From contig CAWHTE010000005.1 in assembly GCA_963832165.1 (NCBI GenBank), forward strand, positions 256,001 through 320,000: 64,000 nt of DNA, given 5' to 3'. A program made the position numbers and the translations under genes. This document shows positions 59,327-64,000 of this stretch, one piece after another (position 1 is the first letter of the stretch; the number at the start of each line of letters is the position of its first letter). The notes beneath the pieces are model-generated. The model was not told the origin of the DNA, did no database searches, and saw nothing but the letters and a program-made list of their open reading frames with translations. The stretch comes from an uncultured delta proteobacterium. Lineage in GTDB: Bacteria; Myxococcota_A; UBA9160; SMWR01.

Positions 59327-62074
59327 CTAGCTCGCCGCGGGCGCCTGCGTGTCCACGACGCGCGGGCTCACGAAGATCAAGAGCTCCTTGCGGTCGTCGC
59401 TGACCTCTTTGCTCCTGAACAGGTTGCCCAGGAACGGCAGCCGCGAGAGGTAGGGCACGGCCGTGCCCGTCTCCGAGCGATCGACCACGTAGATGCCGCC
59501 GAGCACGAGCGTCTGGCCGTCCTTCACGAGCGTCTCGGTCTGCACCTGGTTCTTCGCGATACCGGGCGTGCCGTCGAGCGTCGCGACACTGTCGTCGGGC
59601 GCGTTCCGGCTGACCTTGATCTTCATGATGATGCTGCCGTCGGCCGTGATGTGCGGAGTCACGTCGAGCTTGAGCACGGCGTCGACGAACTCGAGCTGGG
59701 CATCCCCGTTCTCGAACGTCTGGAACGGGATCGACACGCCCTGCTCGATGATCGCCGGGCTGTTGTCGAGCGTCACCACGCGCGGGCTCGAGATCACCTT
59801 GCCCTCGCCGTTCACCTCGGCGGCCTGGAGCTCGAGGTCGAAGTTGAACTTCTCGTCGAGCACCGAAGCGGCCATGCCCAGGATGCCCGTCGGGTTCGAC
59901 GTGATCGGGTTGCCGAACACCACGTTGTGTCCGTCGACGAGACCACCCGAACCCGGCGTGAACAGGTAGTCGCGTCCGCCGAGCGTGCCCTCGGTGAGCG
60001 GATTCGCACCGAAGTTCCAGCGCGTGCCCAGCTCCCGCGAGTACTGGAGGCCGGCCTCGACGATCTTCGCCTCGATCATGACCTGCGGCGTCATCGCGTC
60101 GACGGCCTTGATCAGCGCCGTCGCCTCGTCGATCACCGACGGGATGTCCTTGATGATGATCGTGTTGGTCCGCTTGTCGACGTTCACGGTGCCGCGCTCG
60201 GTCAGGAGCTCCTTCACCATGCTCGACACGTCGCCCACCATCGCGTAGTTCACGGGCTGGAGCTTCACGACGAGGTCCTCGAGCTTCTCCTTCGCGCGCC
60301 GCTCCTGGAGCCGGAGCTCCTCTTCCTGAGCCAGCACGTCGTTCGCCGCGATCCGCAACACGTTGCCGATCCGCGCGAACCCGAGACCCTTCGTCAACAG
60401 GATCACGTCGAGCGCCTGGTCCCACGGCACGTCCACAAGTCGGATCGTGACCTTGCCCTTCACCTCGTCGCCCGCGATCACGTTGAGGTCGGAGACCTCT
60501 GCGATCAGCCGCAGCACGTCGGCGATGTCGACCTCCTTGAAGTCGAGCGAGATGTGACGGCCCACGTACTCCTTGCCGTCCATCAGACCGCCCTCGTTCA
60601 GGATCTCGATCGCAGCGGGCGGCGTGCCCGACGCCGGATCGGCCGGTGCCGAGGCGGTGGGCAGGCTCGCGCCCTCGGGAGCGATCGAAGCCGGATCCGC
60701 CGGCGCGCCGTCGGCCGGCTGTGAGCCTTCCGCGTACGCGGGCGGAATCGCCGCGATCTTGTCCGCGCCGTTCGCGAAGTCCAGCGTCAGCACCGCGTCG
60801 TTCTTCGTCACCTCGGGCTTGAGGCCCGCGGCGCGCTTCACGACCACGCGCACCTCCGGCGTCTTCACGTCGGGCTGCGCGAACGCGCTCACGAGCGACA
60901 CCGAACCGACCTTCTCGGGGGCGATGCGCACCCGGGCCTCGGGCGCGATCGTCGCGTCCGCGATCGAGACGATCAGCGTCTCGGCATCCGGCTCGTAGAC
61001 GAGGTAGTCGATCGGCTGCTCGGAGAGCACGACCACGCGGTCGCGCTCGGGCTGCGCGTCGAACTCCACGCCGAGGATCTTCGCAGGGCCGCTCGCCGTC
61101 GCCTTCACGGGCGCGGGCTCACCGGCGGACTTCTCCGCAAGCGCCGGCTGCGCGCCGGATGCGTTGGCCACTTCGGCGTCGAGCGCCGCGTCGGAGCCGA
61201 GCGCCACCACGAGGCCCGACGGCACCGGAATCACGCGCCGGCCCTCGAACGGAGCCGCCTCGGATCCGCCGTCGACCACCACGCGCACCTTGTCGTCGTG
61301 GTTGCCCACGCGCACGCGCGCGACCTGCTGAGAACCCACTTCCACGGTCGGCTTCGCGACCTTGCTCTTCATCGCGGGCAGATCGACGACGAGCCGCGCC
61401 GGATTCTCGAGCGTAAACGTCACGGCGCTGTCGACGCTGCCATCGCTCTGCAGATGGATCAGCGTGCCTGCGCCCACCGCGCGCGCGTCGACGCCCGTGA
61501 GCAGCGTCGCGGCGGGGGCCTCGATCGAGAGCTCGCCCTCGGCGGGCTCGCCCGTCCAGGCTCCGGCCTCGGCCTCGTCGGCCTGCGCGGTCTCGTCGCC
61601 CTGGGGCGCCGTCCACGGATCCTGCGCATCCGAGCCCGAACCGACCGGAGACAGCGCGATCACGACGCCCTCGGGCCCTGCGGTCACCTCGTGCTCGGCC
61701 GCCGATGCCAGGCGGACCTCGACACGGGTCATCGGCTCGTCACCGGCCTGGTCGACCGCGGTGACCTGGATGTCCTCGACGCGTCCGTCGCCAACCGGAA
61801 CCAACGCGACGTCGCCCGGCTTCACGTTGGCGAGATCGACGACGAGGCGATCCGGATCGTTCTGTTGATAGGCCGTGTAGACCGGATCGACCGGCCCGAC
61901 CACGGTGATGGTGGTGCCATCGTCCGAGGATTCGACGAGAACGTCGACGACTTCGCCCTGCGCACTAGACGCCGACGGCGGCGAGCTCGCGCATGCGAAG
62001 GTTCCGACGCTGATCAGGCCGCACAGCGCGGCTCCGATCGCGACCTGGATCCCGAAGGTTTTCAAGCCCCGCAT
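59327..62074 (-). CDS. pilQ: Type IV pilus secretin PilQ with AMIN domains
   Basis: RLVVDL AMIN repeats, ISLDF, VPWDQALD, QVMIEAKIVE and ELLIFVSP. Confidence 0.95.
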   Translation of the reverse strand: MRGLKTFGIQVAIGAALCGLISVGTFACASSPPSASSAQGEVVDVLVESSDDGTTITVVGPVDPVYTAYQQNDPDRLVVDLANVKPGDVALVPVGDGRVEDIQVTAVDQAGDEPMTRVEVRLASAAEHEVTAGPEGVVIALSPVGSGSDAQDPWTAPQGDETAQADEAEAGAWTGEPAEGELSIEAPAATLLTGVDARAVGAGTLIHLQSDGSVDSAVTFTLENPARLVVDLPAMKSKVAKPTVEVGSQQVARVRVGNHDDKVRVVVDGGSEAAPFEGRRVIPVPSGLVVALGSDAALDAEVANASGAQPALAEKSAGEPAPVKATASGPAKILGVEFDAQPERDRVVVLSEQPIDYLVYEPDAETLIVSIADATIAPEARVRIAPEKVGSVSLVSAFAQPDVKTPEVRVVVKRAAGLKPEVTKNDAVLTLDFANGADKIAAIPPAYAEGSQPADGAPADPASIAPEGASLPTASAPADPASGTPPAAIEILNEGGLMDGKEYVGRHISLDFKEVDIADVLRLIAEVSDLNVIAGDEVKGKVTIRLVDVPWDQALDVILLTKGLGFARIGNVLRIAANDVLAQEEELRLQERRAKEKLEDLVVKLQPVNYAMVGDVSSMVKELLTERGTVNVDKRTNTIIIKDIPSVIDEATALIKAVDAMTPQVMIEAKIVEAGLQYSRELGTRWNFGANPLTEGTLGGRDYLFTPGSGGLVDGHNVVFGNPITSNPTGILGMAASVLDEKFNFDLELQAAEVNGEGKVISSPRVVTLDNSPAIIEQGVSIPFQTFENGDAQLEFVDAVLKLDVTPHITADGSIIMKIKVSRNAPDDSVATLDGTPGIAKNQVQTETLVKDGQTLVLGGIYVVDRSETGTAVPYLSRLPFLGNLFRSKEVSDDRKELLIFVSPRVVDTQAPAAS

Positions 62075-62079
62075 CGAAA

Positions 62080-62662
62080 TCAACCCCCCTCGTTCCGACG
62101 CATCCGCATCTCAACGTCCTTGGTCGTTTCCTGACCCAGGTAATCGACATAGGTTTCTTTCACGACGACCGTGTTGTCATCGATCGAAATCACGTGTCCG
62201 CGGTTCTTCCCGATCGCGGCGCCGGCTCCGATGATGTACGACTCGCCCGACGGATCCTCGACCAGCGCGCGCGCGTTGCCCGTGCGCCACACGACCGCGA
62301 CCACCTCGAGCTGCGAGAGATCGAACTGGCCGAGCGGGCCCGCCTCCGCGACCGCCTGCATCTTGTCCGGGCGGTCCCAGACGAAGCTGCGGAACGGGTC
62401 GCGCTTGCCGGTCGCGTCGTAGGCATAGCCGGTCTCGATCTGCGCCACACCCGAGATCGGATCGATCGCGGGCTCCGCCACGCGGCTTGACCGCGGGCGG
62501 CGCCACGGCCCGTGCCGTGTGCGTGACCGTGGCTTCCTCGCGCGCCTGCGCAAACTCGTTGGCCGTGAGGCCGGCCGGCGGCTGCTCGGTGCAGCCGATC
62601 GCGGTCCCGAGTGAGGCCACCGTCGCGAGCGCCCAGAACGAGCTTCTGCGTCGTTTCGTCAT
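62080..62662 (-). CDS. pilP: Type IV pilus assembly lipoprotein PilP (frameshift near 62485)
   Basis: Lipoprotein N-terminus (AIGC) in one frame. GKRDPF...PLGQFDLSQL...IGKNRG in the next frame. Confidence 0.85.
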
Positions 62663-62672
62663 GCCCCTCGCC

Positions 62673-63263
62673 TCAGCTCTTGCTCACGAAGCGGAAGGTG
62701 GTCGCGGTGCCCGACACGACCAGACGCGTCTCGGCCGCCGAGGACGACGCCACCTTCATGTCCAGCGCACCCAAGTTCACGATGCGCGGGAGTCGCGAGA
62801 CGGAATCGAAGAATCGCGCGATCTCGTGATAGGTCCCCTCGATCTGCACCGAGATCGGGACCTCCGCGTAGAAGTCGTGGACCTGCTCGTTCTCGCGCTT
62901 GAACGACTTGATCTCGACGCCGGCCGTCTTGCCCAGGTTGCTGATGTCGGCCAGCAGCACCTCGAGCTGCTTCTCGTTCGGAAGCTGGCGCAGCGCCACC
63001 CCGAGCTGAGCCTCGAGCTGCGTGATCTCCGCTTCGAACGCATGGATGTTCGCGGCGATCGTGCGAACTTCGGAGAGCTTGCGCTGGAGCTCGAGCTCCT
63101 GCGCGCGCAGGCCGGTCAGGCGCTCGTGCTCGGCCTGGTAGTACCCGAAGTAGTAGAGCGCGCCGATCAGCAGCGCGACGCCCAGCAGGATGCCCGCGCG
63201 CGCGCCGCGCGAGAGCTTCGCGAGTTGATCGAGCTGAGACTGGAGTCCGGGAGATACTTCCAT
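62673..63263 (-). CDS. pilO: Type IV pilus assembly protein PilO
   Basis: QLPNEKQ, FYAEVPI, GTYHE and LPRIVN. Confidence 0.92.
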   Translation of the reverse strand: MEVSPGLQSQLDQLAKLSRGARAGILLGVALLIGALYYFGYYQAEHERLTGLRAQELELQRKLSEVRTIAANIHAFEAEITQLEAQLGVALRQLPNEKQLEVLLADISNLGKTAGVEIKSFKRENEQVHDFYAEVPISVQIEGTYHEIARFFDSVSRLPRIVNLGALDMKVASSSAAETRLVVSGTATTFRFVSKS

Positions 63264-63274
63264 GGCGTCCTCGT

Positions 63275-63897
63275 CTAGCCCTGCTTCTGCGAGGCCGGCG
63301 CAGTCGCGGGAGCCGGCGCTGCGGGAGCGCCCGGCGCCGCCTGCGCGGTCTGCGGCGCGACCATCGTCGCCTGGATCCGGAACTTCACGACCTTGAGGCC
63401 GTCGGGGCCGTTCCCGAGCTCGGTGCTGTTCGAGATCCACGTTGGCGAAGTACGGCGAGTCACCGAGCGAGCCCAGGAACACCGCCACGAGCTCGTTGTC
63501 GAGGCTCTGGCCGGTGATCTCGATCTGGGTGCCCTTGGTCGAGATGGCGTCGAGCCACACGCGCTCGGGCGTGTGCGTGGCCAGCTCGTCCATCACCCGC
63601 ACCGGGCCCTTGCGCGCGCGGTCGAGGCCCGCGATCACGTCGATCTTCTTCTGCAGCTCGGCCTTCTTGGCGCGGAACGCGGCCACCTGATCGAGCTGCG
63701 GCTGGAACTTCGCGATGTCGTTCTGCATCTGCGCGATGCGGTTCGTCGTCGTCTCGATCTGCCCGCTGAGATCGGAGTGCGCGAAGCCGATCAGCGCGCA
63801 CGACGAGGATCATCATCAGAACGAGCTCGAGCACGTTCTGCTTGACGTCCGCCTTGCGCTTGGTTTCGCGGACCGGAAGGAGATTGATCTGGATCAC
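63275..63897 (-). CDS. pilN: Type IV pilus assembly protein PilN (frameshifts near 63800 and 63430)
   Basis: MIQINLLP start and PERVWL...SPYFANVDL, split over three frames. Confidence 0.85.
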
Positions 63898-64000
63898 CGG
63901 GCCTCCTCCCGCAGGGCGAGTCCCACTCCGACGCCCAGCGCGGGCGCGAGGTCATCGAGATAGTCCGGCTCGTAGCGGCTCGACGGGAGCATCCGCGTGA
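63894..64000 (-). CDS. pilM: PilM C-terminal end (truncated by window edge)
   Basis: Manual translation ...LAPALGVGVGLALREEAR*. Stop overlaps the pilN start. Confidence 0.85.
   Translation of the reverse strand, partial: TRMLPSSRYEPDYLDDLAPALGVGVGLALREEAR

Noticed and set aside
62673..63728. PilN-PilO fusion protein
   Set aside because: Arises from a frameshift near 63430. The PilN C-terminus and stop are in another frame, and pilO has its own RBS and ATG at 63263.

Overview
Very GC-rich bacterial DNA, most likely from a Myxococcota-related organism (inferred from the pilMNOPQ-aroB-mglC-like-aroQ-sgmX-like-exeA-like gene order). (1) 1-8.8 kb: housekeeping genes (GDPD, methyltransferase, queG, exosortase, cvpA-like, pyk, gloA, PaaX-like regulator plus desaturase, vapBC-like pair), a REP cluster, and an orphan 49-aa PqqA-like peptide missing from the ORF track. 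(2) 8.86-23.76 kb: a ~14.9-kb phage-satellite-like element integrated in tRNA-Gly(CCC) and bounded by a perfect 45-bp att repeat. It encodes a tyrosine integrase that reads through the att site, an excisionase-like HTH, an AEP primase-helicase with an iteron array, TerS-like and TerL proteins, and a PEP-CTERM cargo gene flanked by 15-bp repeats. No capsid, portal or tail gene is recognisable. Several short gene-start stubs suggest cassette turnover. (3) 23.8-30.2 kb: a TPR membrane protein, a Cys/Pro-rich leader ORF, a TonB-dependent receptor, a BNR-repeat lipoprotein and a second PEP-CTERM protein. (4) 30.2-52.2 kb: a minimal Agl/Glt-like TolQR-type motor operon directly upstream of a ~3,900-aa DUF11/OmpA/beta-barrel surface protein. 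A c-di-GMP-I (GEMM-I) riboswitch precedes the surface protein, and both upstream regions share a 22-bp CRP-like box. (5) 52.4-64 kb: the type IV pilus/polarity cluster. At least seven apparent frameshifts, some in core genes, are probably long-read assembly errors.
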